Source: an uncultured delta proteobacterium (GTDB lineage: Bacteria > Desulfobacterota > Binatia > UBA9968). Taken from it: a stretch of DNA of 64,000 bases. The stretch covers positions 101,945 to 165,944 of the forward strand of contig CAVYTU010000002.1 of NCBI GenBank assembly GCA_963771465.1. The letters run 5' to 3'. Positions 48,768 to 58,383 of this stretch are shown here, one piece after another. The position numbers were made by a program, and so were the translations under genes. The notes beneath the pieces were generated by a model that saw nothing but the letters and a program-made list of their open reading frames with translations, did not search any database and was not told the origin of the DNA. Position 1 is the first letter of the stretch. Each line of letters opens with the position of its first letter.

Positions 48768-49752
48768 TCACTTACCCCAGAGTTTTTTCGCAAACCCTTC
48801 GTCTTCCAATCGTTTCAAATAGCGCTCATTGACATAACTCTTGGCGTCGATGCCGCGCGCTTTGGGATTGGTCTCGGCGATCTGCGCGATTACGGCTTGC
48901 ATCGCTTCCACCGAAGGATACGGCACCGGCTGAAGCTGATTATTGAAGTAGTCGTAACCTTCTTGCAACGCTTTCAAGTTCTGCACTCGGGTGAATTGTC
49001 CCAACGCTTTAACCGAATATTCACGCTCGGTTTTCAAAATCTTGATCGACTCTAAATACGGCGCGCAGGAAATTCATCACTCTGGCGTCCTGCTTGTCCA
49101 GGAATCGCCGGCTGCCCAACAGGCCAGTGTTGAAGAATGGAATATTCATCTTCACCGAATCGGCCAGCACGCTGAGCTTCAACCGTTCGGCTTCGCTGCT
49201 GAAGGGCGCATTCACCACCGTGCCGTCGACGCTTCCTGATGTAATCGCCGCAATCCGCGCCGGCTCATCGCCGATTTGAAGAATCGTCGCTTCTTTGACC
49301 GGATCGATGCCGACGCGCTTGAGCATCGCGCGCATGCCGAAGTCGGCAGACGAACCGTAGCGGCTGACGGCGAATTTCCTCCCCTTCAGTTGCTCGATGG
49401 ATTTGATATCCGAGCGCGCTATGAGTTGGTAGTTCAACTTGTCGAGCAGACCGGCGAAGTAAACGATGTCCGCGCCTTCCAGATTCGCCGCCACGCCGGG
49501 AGCGCCGCTCAGTTGCGAGAGATCGAGATTGCCGGACACGAGCACTTGAACGTTAGTCGAGCCGCCAGGAATGTAAATGCTTTCCACGCTCAAGCCATAC
49601 TTCGCGAACAAGCCGCGGTCTTTGGCGATATGCACCAGCCCCGACTGCAAACTGATCGAGCCCAAGCCGATGCGGATTTTTTCCTGGGCCTCAACGCAAG
49701 TGACGGCGACCATCAAGGAGATAGCGAGAATGAGCGAATTGATTCTCTTCAT
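48768..49752 (-). CDS. NMT1/SsuA-like SBP, one frameshift near 49060
   Basis: GLFAKYGL, LKGRKFAVSRYGS; removing one base restores FLRAYLESIKILKTERE and joins ORF 48768-49037. Confidence 0.8.
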
Positions 49753-49959
49753 AGCGCTCTACTATCATACCCCCAACTTCGCCGGCAACGGCATCTCTTT
49801 GAATCGGATGTCAAAGAAAACGCGCGACGCTGGCAAATTCCGCCACGCTCAGCGAAACAAAAAAACTACGTTCTCCCTTTGCGCCTGGGCATCTTTGCGC
49901 GATATATTCCGTGGCATTCGTTTTCCACGAACCATCGAAAAAACCACAGGAGGCAAATT

Positions 49960-50163
49960 ATGGCTGTAACTATCAAAGCGCTCAAAGACGGACCGTACGA
50001 AGTCGCTGGCGGCGCAAAACTCTTCGACCATCAAGGCAAAGAGTATCAGGAAGATCAATTTCCACCCATCTATCTCTGCCGCTGTGGCCAGTCGAAGAAC
50101 AAACCATTCTGCGACGGCACTCATGGCACCATCGGCTTCAAAGCAGAAGAAACGGCGAAATAA
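49960..50163 (+). CDS. CDGSH iron-sulfur domain protein
   Basis: DGPY.V.G, LCRCGQSKNKPFCDGTH; AGGAGG RBS. Confidence 0.92.
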   Translation: MAVTIKALKDGPYEVAGGAKLFDHQGKEYQEDQFPPIYLCRCGQSKNKPFCDGTHGTIGFKAEETAK

Positions 50164-50176
50164 GGAATCCTACCCA

Positions 50177-50252
50177 GTAGTCCATTACTCAAGCACTCCA
50201 GTAATATAACCGGTGGCGTGTAATTGGAGAGATGGAGTATTGGAGTGCTGGG
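50177..50252. repeat. Palindromic array of 8-bp (cactccaN-like) units
   Basis: tccattactc/aagcactcca on the left, tggagaga/tggagtat/tggagtgc on the right. Confidence 0.6.
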
Positions 50253-50307
50253 TCGGAGCAGATATCAGAGCTGTCGCTACTAAATAATTATTTGGAGGCG
50301 ATTCCCC

Positions 50308-51036
50308 ATGCCAGGAAGAGTTGTCATAATCACCGGCGGCGCCAAAGGTATCGGTAGACACGCCGCGCACACGCTGGCCAAGGCCGGCGCCAAAGTCGTG
50401 CTCGCCGACGCCGACGCTGAGCGTTTGCACAAGACCTCAGGCGAAATTCTAAAGCTCGGTGCCGAAGCGTTCGCCGTGCCCACCGACGTGCGCGATGAAA
50501 AAGACGTACGCCAGTTGGTTTACAAAGTCGCCGACCGCTTCGGCCAGATCGACGCGCTGATCAATGACGCCGGCATCGTGCCGCACTTCAACTGGGGCAT
50601 CCCGCGCTGGCCGCGCGTGCGCAATCTGAGCTACGACTTCTGGAACAGCGTGATTCAAACCAACCTCGGCGGCACCTTTCTTTGCTCGAAGTATGTCGTG
50701 CCGTTCATGGAAGAACGGCGCTCCGGGAATATTGTCAATCTCTGGGGCGGCGGCCGGGCAGAAAATCACGGCGCGTCGCCGTACGTCGTCAGCAAGGACG
50801 CCATCCGCACCTTCACCCGTTTCATGGCCGAAGAAGAGCGCGAGTGGAACGTCTGCATCGTCGCCTTCAGCCCCAAGCAAGCGATCGCGACGGAAGACGC
50901 CCCCGAAGAAGCGCGCCAACGCTTGCCCGGTCCGGAAAGTCTAGGCAACGGCTTCGTTCTCGCCGCGCAAGCGGGCATGGAGATGACGGGCAAAACCGTC
51001 GAGCATCGCGACGGCAAGTTGCTGGCGGTAGATTAA
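50308..51036 (+). CDS. Short-chain dehydrogenase/reductase (SDR)
   Basis: ITGGAKGIG, FGQIDALINDAG, YxxxK (YVVSK). Confidence 0.88.
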   Translation: MPGRVVIITGGAKGIGRHAAHTLAKAGAKVVLADADAERLHKTSGEILKLGAEAFAVPTDVRDEKDVRQLVYKVADRFGQIDALINDAGIVPHFNWGIPRWPRVRNLSYDFWNSVIQTNLGGTFLCSKYVVPFMEERRSGNIVNLWGGGRAENHGASPYVVSKDAIRTFTRFMAEEEREWNVCIVAFSPKQAIATEDAPEEARQRLPGPESLGNGFVLAAQAGMEMTGKTVEHRDGKLLAVD

Positions 51037-51229
51037 CGATGTTCAGATACGGAGTACTGTCACGCCATGAAACAGACATATGAAGGTTCATGCACTGCGG
51101 AAAGGTCCAGTTTAAGTACGTGTATGGGAGCCGACTGAATTGAAATTTTGGAATATGACGGGCGGTTCAACTACCAGTGGTACCATTTCTACTCTTCATC
51201 CTTAACCGATATACAAAACGGAGACCCAC

Positions 51230-52387
51230 ATGTGGAAAACATTTAAAGTCATCGACGCCGACGGCCATATGCACGAACCTCAGTATCTTTGGGAGCGCTA
51301 CGTCGAGCCCAAGTATCGCGACCAAGTGCCGAAGGTTGCCTTCATGGATGGCAACTTTATGGTTTACGAACCTGACGGCAAATTCGTCACCAAGAGTGAA
51401 ATTCAATCCGCGCACGTGGAGAGCGCCCGGCGCGCGTTTGAAGAAAAGTATGGCGAGGCTTACCGCCAATGGTGGTCGCCACAGATTCGTCTCGGCGATA
51501 TGGATAAATATGGCTGGGACATTCAAGTGCTCTTGCCGAGCGGCAACAACGGCAATTTCGCTTACCGCGTCGCGTTGAAAGATCTTCAGCTCGGCGCCGC
51601 CATGTGCCGCGCATATAACAACTGGTGCCATGAATATTGCAGCGTCGACCCCAAGCGGCTGAAGTTTGTCGCCGTGCTGCCAGGCTCGGATGTCGGCGAG
51701 ATGGTCAAGGAAGCGCGCCGGGCCGTCGAAGAATTGGGCGCGGTGTCGGTACGCAATCCTTATTTACCTGAAGGCAAATGGCTGCACCAACGCGAGTACG
51801 ACGCCATGTGGAGCCTAGCCAGCGAGCTGGACTTCCCGATCGCCGTGCACGGCGAGAATCGCCAACGCCGCTTCCAACCGTTCCGCGAACTGGAAGGCAA
51901 CCGGAAAGATGACACCGAGCTTGCTTTGCGCGGGCTCAACCATGCGCTCGGATTTCCCTGCGACAACATGACGACCCTCGGCCACTTTATTTTTGCCGGC
52001 GTGTTGGAACGCTTCCCGAAGTTGCGCCTCGGCATTCTCGAATCGAACGCGGGCTGGCTACCCTTCTGGCTGGGACGAATGGACGACCACACCCACGGCC
52101 GCAACAGCGTCATGGGCAAGTCTGAAAATCTCAAGCTCCGGCCGACCGAATACTTCATGCGCCAATGCATGGTCTCGTGCGATAGCGACGAGCGCACGCT
52201 CAAGCACGTCGTCGAAGAACTCAATGGCGAAAACATCGTCTGGAACACCGACTATCCGCATCCCGATGCCATCGAGCCCGAGCGCGCGCTGCCCGATTTC
52301 GACGCTCAGCCGATTTCCGACGAAGCCAAAAGGAAAATTCTCTGGGACAATTCGGTGAAACTCTACGGCCCGCGGCTTGTGAGCTAA
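51230..52387 (+). CDS. Amidohydrolase_2 family protein
   Basis: IDADGH..EP, RAYNNW, AVHG, GVLERFP.LR..ILES, W.TDYPHPD. Confidence 0.9.
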   Translation: MWKTFKVIDADGHMHEPQYLWERYVEPKYRDQVPKVAFMDGNFMVYEPDGKFVTKSEIQSAHVESARRAFEEKYGEAYRQWWSPQIRLGDMDKYGWDIQVLLPSGNNGNFAYRVALKDLQLGAAMCRAYNNWCHEYCSVDPKRLKFVAVLPGSDVGEMVKEARRAVEELGAVSVRNPYLPEGKWLHQREYDAMWSLASELDFPIAVHGENRQRRFQPFRELEGNRKDDTELALRGLNHALGFPCDNMTTLGHFIFAGVLERFPKLRLGILESNAGWLPFWLGRMDDHTHGRNSVMGKSENLKLRPTEYFMRQCMVSCDSDERTLKHVVEELNGENIVWNTDYPHPDAIEPERALPDFDAQPISDEAKRKILWDNSVKLYGPRLVS

Positions 52388-52415
52388 CCGCGTAACAGGC
52401 GAAGCCAAACGAGAA

Positions 52416-52475
52416 TTCACGAAGTTCGGAATATTAATCATTCGAACCCTTCGTGTCCTTCGTGTCTTCGTGGTG
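52416..52475. repeat. REP-like palindrome related to 6571-6641
   Basis: cacgaagttcggaatattaatcattcgaacccttcgtgtccttcgtgtcttcgtggtg. Confidence 0.65.
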
Positions 52476-52581
52476 CATCATTCTCTTACGCGGTCACAGC
52501 TGCGACAACATCCGGCATTGGCAGAATCAGTTTGACCGCGGCGGCTTAGTTTTATATGAACTTCGATCCAGGAGGCGAACC

Positions 52582-52998
52582 ATGATTGAAATTCTCGACC
52601 AGATGAAGGAAATGATCGACCCGGCCTTGGCCAACGGCTGTCCCTGCATCCTTGCGACGGTCTCGGGTGACGGTGAACCAGATATCGGCTACAAGGGCAG
52701 CATGATGGTGTTCGACAAGGAGTCGCTCGCCTATTTAGAGCGTACCAAGCGGGTGCATCTCAAAAATCTCAAGGAGAACCAGAAAGTCGTCGTGCTGTTC
52801 CGCGATGCCAAAACCAAAGTGGCTTGGCGCTTTCACGGCACGGCGACGTTGCATGAAGCGGGGCCGGTATGGGAACAAGGCATGGCGCGCACGGTTAAAG
52901 AAGAATTGGATAAAGATCCTGAGCGCAAGGGCCTCATCGTGCAAATCCGCGTCGACAAGATCACCAACATGGGCGGCCAGGTGTTGCAAAGCCGGTAG
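52582..52998 (+). CDS. Pyridoxamine 5'-phosphate oxidase-like (split-barrel FMN-binding) protein
   Basis: LATVS.DG.PDI.YKGS, NL.EN.KV, WRF.G.A; AGGAGG RBS. Confidence 0.85.
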   Translation: MIEILDQMKEMIDPALANGCPCILATVSGDGEPDIGYKGSMMVFDKESLAYLERTKRVHLKNLKENQKVVVLFRDAKTKVAWRFHGTATLHEAGPVWEQGMARTVKEELDKDPERKGLIVQIRVDKITNMGGQVLQSR

Positions 52999-53173
52999 GC
53001 GAAATGGTCAGCGGACGCGCGCCGATGAAGGCACAGGCTCACCGGTGGCGCGGACGCAGCCTAAGTGGGCCATTTTCTCCGCCTATCGACGGCTTGACAT
53101 GACCTACCCAAATTGAATAGTGTCGGTCCTTCTCTGAAGATTCGATCAGCCTAACACCTAAAAGGAGGTTTGT

Positions 53174-53338
53174 ATGAACCGCGCAGAACTCCTGGTGGCT
53201 GTGGCGGTGATGTTGTTCGTTGCCTTTCAACCGAATCTGTTCGCGGAGGTGAGTTTCGGACCTACCGCATTTACGATCCTTGGGGTTACCTTGCTTATCG
53301 TCGCCAATCGTTTGCGGCACAGAATTAAAAAGTCGTGA
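53174..53338 (+). CDS. Small 54-aa membrane protein (two hydrophobic segments, basic tail)
   Basis: AAAGGAGG RBS; MNRAELLVAVAVMLFVAFQPNLFAEVSFGPTAFTILGVTLLIVANRLRHRIKKS*; TTGACA-N18-TAGTGT at 53094-53123; below ORF-track cutoff. Confidence 0.6.
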   Translation: MNRAELLVAVAVMLFVAFQPNLFAEVSFGPTAFTILGVTLLIVANRLRHRIKKS

Positions 53339-53462
53339 GGAGTTTATTTTGAATCGGCGCAATCATGACTCACCGCATGCGTTGGCGGTGAATTTTTGCA
53401 GCGCCGTATTGTGCGAATCTGAATTCCGATCCTGGCAATCTGCCATCACACGCTGAGCCCCC

Positions 53463-54524
53463 TCACGCTCCCTCCCCGGCTTCTTCACGGTAAAGTTTCA
53501 GCGCCTCCATCACCGGTAAATCGCTGACGGAAAAAAGAATCGTCTCGTCGCTCTTTGAGCCATTCTGATGGCTGTGCCAGCTCCACAACGGCACGACAAA
53601 GCAGTCCCCTTGCCGCCATGCGAATTTTTGACCAGCGATCACCGTCACGCCGCTGCCACGAAATGCGTGATAAACGACGCTGCAGTTATGCCGATGCGTC
53701 TTGGTAACTTCGCCAGGACGAAGCATTTGAATGCCACAGGACATCGTTGGCATGGTGTGGCCACCTTCGGGATTGACGTATTCCAGCGCCACGCCGTCGA
53801 ATGGGCTACCCGGCCCGTCGCTAAGCTGTTTTAATTTTTCGTAAGTCTCGTCCCATTTGTAGTGCAGGTTATAAGCCGGGCGCTCCACCGGCCTTTCCCA
53901 AACCGGACGGGTCGCGCCGCTGCGCGGCGCGGTATGAGCGGATTTTTGTTTCGTCGGCTGGAGCCCGCCGGGATAGGCTTCCCAGGTGATCGACTGAAGC
54001 AGGAACAGCAACGGATTATCGAGACCGTCGAGCCACACCACCGGTTCGTTGCCGTTACGGTGACCATGCCACGTCATCGACGGCGTGAGAATCAAATCAC
54101 CCGCATCCATTGGAATTTCTTCGCCCTCGACCACGGTATAGGCGCCGCTGCCTTTGAGAATGAAGCGAAACGCGGCGAAGTTATGGCGGTGATCATGGGC
54201 CACCTCGCCGGGCTTCAAAAGCTGCAACGTCATCAACATCGTGTGCGTCGTGGTGCGTTGCCGGCGATTTTTCTGATCCAGGTAAGCCGGATTGATCAGA
54301 CGGAGCACGCGCCGCTCGGCCTTGCCGTCGAGGCCGTGCATGTTCGCGACCGTTTGAATGGCTGAATACAACTCCGGCCATTTCCACACATGCGGCAACA
54401 CCGACGTATGCGGATCTTTGCTGTACGTCGCCATGTCGGCATCGGACGCGGGCGACCACAACCCCTCGACGCTCAAACCGCGGAGCTTCTCATCAAGCTC
54501 GCGCAAAAGTTCTGCTTCCGACAT
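53463..54524 (-). CDS. Gentisate 1,2-dioxygenase-like bicupin
   Basis: W.W, AERRVL.L.NP, Q.L.PGE....HRH, GDLILTP...WH.H, W.DGLD.P, HRH..S.VY. Confidence 0.88.
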   Translation of the reverse strand: MSEAELLRELDEKLRGLSVEGLWSPASDADMATYSKDPHTSVLPHVWKWPELYSAIQTVANMHGLDGKAERRVLRLINPAYLDQKNRRQRTTTHTMLMTLQLLKPGEVAHDHRHNFAAFRFILKGSGAYTVVEGEEIPMDAGDLILTPSMTWHGHRNGNEPVVWLDGLDNPLLFLLQSITWEAYPGGLQPTKQKSAHTAPRSGATRPVWERPVERPAYNLHYKWDETYEKLKQLSDGPGSPFDGVALEYVNPEGGHTMPTMSCGIQMLRPGEVTKTHRHNCSVVYHAFRGSGVTVIAGQKFAWRQGDCFVVPLWSWHSHQNGSKSDETILFSVSDLPVMEALKLYREEAGEGA

Positions 54525-54553
54525 CTCCTGCTCCTCCGCTCAGTCAATTGGCC

Positions 54554-55519
54554 CTAAGGTTTTCTAATTCCCAGCTCTCTTTGCGCGGCCTGAAGCGGTG
54601 CCATATCGATGATTTCACTCAACGGCACATCGCGCGTGAGTTTGAGCTCAGCTTTGGCTTGGTCCATAACCAAGCGCAAACCGTCGGCAGAAATGTTGCC
54701 GTCCGGACTGAAGACCTTCCAGGTGGAATCGTAGGAAGCTGCAGCGTGGTCACGCTCCACCTTTCCCCATTCCATCAGAATCCGCACGGCGCCTTCCTTG
54801 TCCTCCCGGATAAAACGGTTTGCTCGCACCATCGCCTTTACTACTTTTCTAACCTCGTCCGGTTTTTCCTTGATCGTTTTGAGATTGGCGCCGATGCCGA
54901 TGAATGGGAAACTAAAAACCTCATACGCCCTGAGAAGCACGTTGAATCCCATCTGCTTTCCAAGGGCATCGCCGGGCGGGGCAATCACCGCTACGTCCAC
55001 AAGACCTTCCTTTAACGCGGCGAGGCGCGCTCGATCCGGCCCCAGGGCGATGAACTTGAGGTCTTTCTCCGTATCTAGGCCAAAGGATTTGAGCATCATT
55101 CGACCCGCGACCTCGTCGGTGCCGCCGAAGTTGCCGATCCCAACGGTTTTCCCTTTAAGCTCCTTGCCTGATTTGTATTCGGGCTTGGCAACCAGGGCAT
55201 GGGTTGAACCGTCCAAGAGGCTTGCGAGAGCGCGCACGGGCATACCTCGAAGCGCGCCGCGCACGACCGAGCCGAAGAGCAGTGTATAGCCAATGTCCCC
55301 GGTGACAAGAGCGGTGACAATGTTCGGCACGTTCATGCGAATGATCTCTACGTCCAGGCCCTCGTCTTTGAAAAAACCTTTTTTCAAAGCGACTCCCGAC
55401 GGAAGAAAGGACATATTGGGGTTGGTCACAGTGATGCGCACTTTGTCGGCGGCATCGAGAGGCGGATGCGGCGCCCAAACAGCGATGAAACCTGTCAGCC
55501 AACAGCAAAGTTTTCTCAT
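54554..55519 (-). CDS. NMT1/SsuA-like ABC substrate-binding protein
   Basis: KGFFKDEGLDVE, ELKGKTVGI, GLD.EKD, RLAALK.G.VD. Confidence 0.88.
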   Translation of the reverse strand: MRKLCCWLTGFIAVWAPHPPLDAADKVRITVTNPNMSFLPSGVALKKGFFKDEGLDVEIIRMNVPNIVTALVTGDIGYTLLFGSVVRGALRGMPVRALASLLDGSTHALVAKPEYKSGKELKGKTVGIGNFGGTDEVAGRMMLKSFGLDTEKDLKFIALGPDRARLAALKEGLVDVAVIAPPGDALGKQMGFNVLLRAYEVFSFPFIGIGANLKTIKEKPDEVRKVVKAMVRANRFIREDKEGAVRILMEWGKVERDHAAASYDSTWKVFSPDGNISADGLRLVMDQAKAELKLTRDVPLSEIIDMAPLQAAQRELGIRKP

Positions 55520-55533
55520 GGCAATGCTCACGC

Positions 55534-56634
55534 TCAGCTCGCCGCTTTGTACACGTCGCGCATCTGGCTGACCACGCCGCGCTTGGCGAGCTCGGCTTCG
55601 AAGGTTGCGCGCACGCGCGGCTCTTCGTCCTCGTACTCGATCTGATCGCCGCCCAGTTTCACGCTCTCGGAAGTGCCCCATTGCTTGCGCAGTCCGGGAA
55701 ACTTTCGGCTGCTAAACGGTTTGAGCGCGAGATAGCGCGCCGGTTCTCCACCGACGTTGAAATGCTGATGAAACCAGCGCTCCGGCGGCACCATCAGGCT
55801 ACCGGCGCGCCAGTTGTAGCGCTTGAGATCGTCGCCTTCCTTCCACACCATCGAAAAGCCTTCGCCCTTGAGGATGATCACATGGGCGCCGGCGCCGTGG
55901 CGGTGCGCTTTTTTATAGGTGCCCACGGGAAACTGCGAGATGTGCGCCGACATGACGTTGTTCGACATCTCGATCATCAGCATTTTCCCGCCGGCGCCGC
56001 GATCTCGCCGTTCGGGCAATTCATAAGCGCGCACGTCGCGGATAAAGTTCGTGTCATGAAATCCCTCGCCGGGAATCTTCGCTTGGCCGCTGAAGAAATC
56101 CTCCTCGCCGGCGTAGCGGTCAGTGAAGCGGTAGTCGCAGCTAAAGACAAAGTCAATATTGTGATAGAGGTTGAGCACCGTCGGCGCGTTGGTCATGGCC
56201 AACAAACGCACCGGCTTATCACCGGCGCCGTTGAAATGTTGATACCAAGTGTTGAGCGGCGGCGAGAACAAAGCACCTTCACCCCACTCGAAGGTTTGTT
56301 TTTTGCCCGGCTCTTGCCACACCGTCGTCGCGCCATGACCGCTGACGACATAGATCAGATGCTCGAACATGTGTTTCTGTGGTTCCAGCGACTTGCCCGC
56401 GGCGATCTCGGCGATATAGCAATCGTTGACGCCCTCTGAACCGTCGAGATTGAGATACACACCGCGGCCGCCGAGTCGCGCCCAGGAATGCAGTTCCATG
56501 GAATTGATGTCTTCGATATGAAAACCGCGCACCACCGGGACGGCTTCCTTTTCGAGAAATAACTCATAAGTGGTTTTCGCACCGAGCTCGTTGCCAGACT
56601 TTTGCAGGTTAGAAGTATTGCCGGAGTCCGCCAT
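55534..56634 (-). CDS. Bicupin-domain protein
   Basis: H.FE..IYV.SG.G.T.VW, F.PPLN..YQHFN, YKKAHRHG.GA, WFHQHFN. Confidence 0.82.
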   Translation of the reverse strand: MADSGNTSNLQKSGNELGAKTTYELFLEKEAVPVVRGFHIEDINSMELHSWARLGGRGVYLNLDGSEGVNDCYIAEIAAGKSLEPQKHMFEHLIYVVSGHGATTVWQEPGKKQTFEWGEGALFSPPLNTWYQHFNGAGDKPVRLLAMTNAPTVLNLYHNIDFVFSCDYRFTDRYAGEEDFFSGQAKIPGEGFHDTNFIRDVRAYELPERRDRGAGGKMLMIEMSNNVMSAHISQFPVGTYKKAHRHGAGAHVIILKGEGFSMVWKEGDDLKRYNWRAGSLMVPPERWFHQHFNVGGEPARYLALKPFSSRKFPGLRKQWGTSESVKLGGDQIEYEDEEPRVRATFEAELAKRGVVSQMRDVYKAAS

Positions 56635-56846
56635 GATTAGCACCGCCTCCCATCGAGTAAGAAATTTTTCTTGACGTTTGCCCATTTTCTAGTACGCTAG
56701 GGTATAAAGGGTCAAGTTCCTCAACCACCTTATGCTCCCGCCGCCGCGCGAAATTAACTTTTCGCCGCCCAATCTTCCAGACGTAGGTACCTGCGTCGCT
56801 CCGTTGTGTTTTCGATTTACCGAACGACCTTAGCGAGGGGAAATCA

Positions 56847-57410
56847 ATGACGGAAACATTTCGTGGATTTCATGCTCGGGCCCTGCGCGCCATCGGTCAA
56901 GACCTCGCCGAGCTGTTACCGGATAGCTTAGCGATCGAACCGAGCGGCGAAGATTTCATCGCGCACGGAATGTGCAACCGGGCGCGCCTCGAAAGCTGGG
57001 ACGCGGACCAAACGAAGTCCGGCCTGCGCAAGCTGAGCGCCAAGCTGCGTGCTGGTATTCTCAAGCCGTCGATACGCGAAGCGGACTTGGACCTGGCTCC
57101 GTTCAATCGAACCTATCACCCCGCCGATATTGACCGCCTGGATCAGCGCGGCAACCAGCAACGCGTCGACGTCGGCGGCATCCCGGAGATCTACAGCCTG
57201 GGCGAAAGACTGCGGACCATCGGTAAACTTGTCGATAGCCAAAACGGTGGCATCATTCGAATCTTCAAAGACCTACATCATATCATCTTCGAATACCGGG
57301 ACGGCGACGGTAATCCAAGAAAAGTCGATCTCGACAACACGGAAATCTACCGCCTGCAACGATCCCACACCACCGAACGCAGCGATGCCACGGCCAGCGC
57401 GCCGAGGTAG
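56847..57410 (+). CDS. Hypothetical protein (paralog of 57690-58304)
   Basis: GAGGGG RBS; ARALRAIGQDL, Y.P.DI.RLD..G, P.IYSLGE.LRTIG.LVD. Confidence 0.75.
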   Translation: MTETFRGFHARALRAIGQDLAELLPDSLAIEPSGEDFIAHGMCNRARLESWDADQTKSGLRKLSAKLRAGILKPSIREADLDLAPFNRTYHPADIDRLDQRGNQQRVDVGGIPEIYSLGERLRTIGKLVDSQNGGIIRIFKDLHHIIFEYRDGDGNPRKVDLDNTEIYRLQRSHTTERSDATASAPR

Positions 57411-57689
57411 TTCGCGCGCACCGTCCTGACTCACGATCGATCCCCGGCCAATCTTTCCTGACACAGTCATCGCTGCCGGTTGCACCTCTATTTGCGTGGC
57501 TGACGAGCCGTTCCAACCTCAGCGGGAATAGCTCGCTGGGCACATGCCGAGTGCCTGCACCGCGGCAGAGCATTATTACCCTCCATACGGAAGGTTCGCG
57601 GATCGCTCGCTACGCAGTTTCAATCGCACAATCCGGGCTTCATCCTTCGGCACTAAAGATCTGTCCTTGTGTGCCGATCGTTTGTTTTG

Positions 57690-58304
57690 ATGAAGCTTGC
57701 CGACTCTTTTAAAATCTTATCGGCAGCGCAGCGTGATGTGTATGCGCGGGCGCTGCGGGCCATCGGCCAAGACCTAGCAACTCTATTTCCTGAGACGCTC
57801 GAAATAGAGATTCAGGCAGAAAATTTCATCGTGCGCGGCCAGTGCGCCCAGAACCGGTTGGACGCCAAACTAGCCACGCCACAAAAGAAAGGTCTTAAAG
57901 CATTCTGTGCCGATCTGCTCGCGCGCGACGTTGCCACCCTGGCGCGGCAAGCGAAATCGTCAACCGTCGAGTTCACCAACACCTACTCTCCCGAAGATAT
58001 CAATCGCATCGACGAAATCGGTATGGGCCGGCGTTTCGCGGTGGGAAAAATGCCGGATATTCGCAGCCTCGGAGAAATGCTACGAACCATCGGCCGACTG
58101 GTCGACGGCCGAGAGGGTCGGCTTGTGAAAATTTCTAAAGACGCGCGGCGCATGGTCTTCGATTACAGCGGTCCCGACGGCAAATCGTGCACTGAAATCA
58201 GGACCAACTTAGATCTCTATAAGCTGCAAAAAAGCTTCTACGAAACGCGTGGCGAGGCAGTCGGTTTGGATCCCTGGAAGGACCGCAAATTTCCGGGCCG
58301 ATAA
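57690..58304 (+). CDS. Hypothetical protein (paralog of 56847-57410)
   Basis: ARALRAIGQDL, YSPEDI.RID..G, PDI.SLGE.LRTIG.LVD, LY.LQ. Confidence 0.75.
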   Translation: MKLADSFKILSAAQRDVYARALRAIGQDLATLFPETLEIEIQAENFIVRGQCAQNRLDAKLATPQKKGLKAFCADLLARDVATLARQAKSSTVEFTNTYSPEDINRIDEIGMGRRFAVGKMPDIRSLGEMLRTIGRLVDGREGRLVKISKDARRMVFDYSGPDGKSCTEIRTNLDLYKLQKSFYETRGEAVGLDPWKDRKFPGR

Positions 58305-58383
58305 TCCCAGATTCCGCACTCGGATCAGCGAAAACCGCTAGCTCATCTCAATTTCGTTCGGAACCGCTTACTAGTGACTAGCG

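Noticed and set aside
49276-49959. Long N-terminal extension of the CDGSH ORF
   Set aside because: It overlaps an SBP gene on the other strand; a strong RBS supports the start at 49960
57647-57664. Sigma54-like motif upstream of the second unknown paralog (TCGGCACTAAAGATCT)
   Set aside because: Lacks the -12 GC at the required spacing
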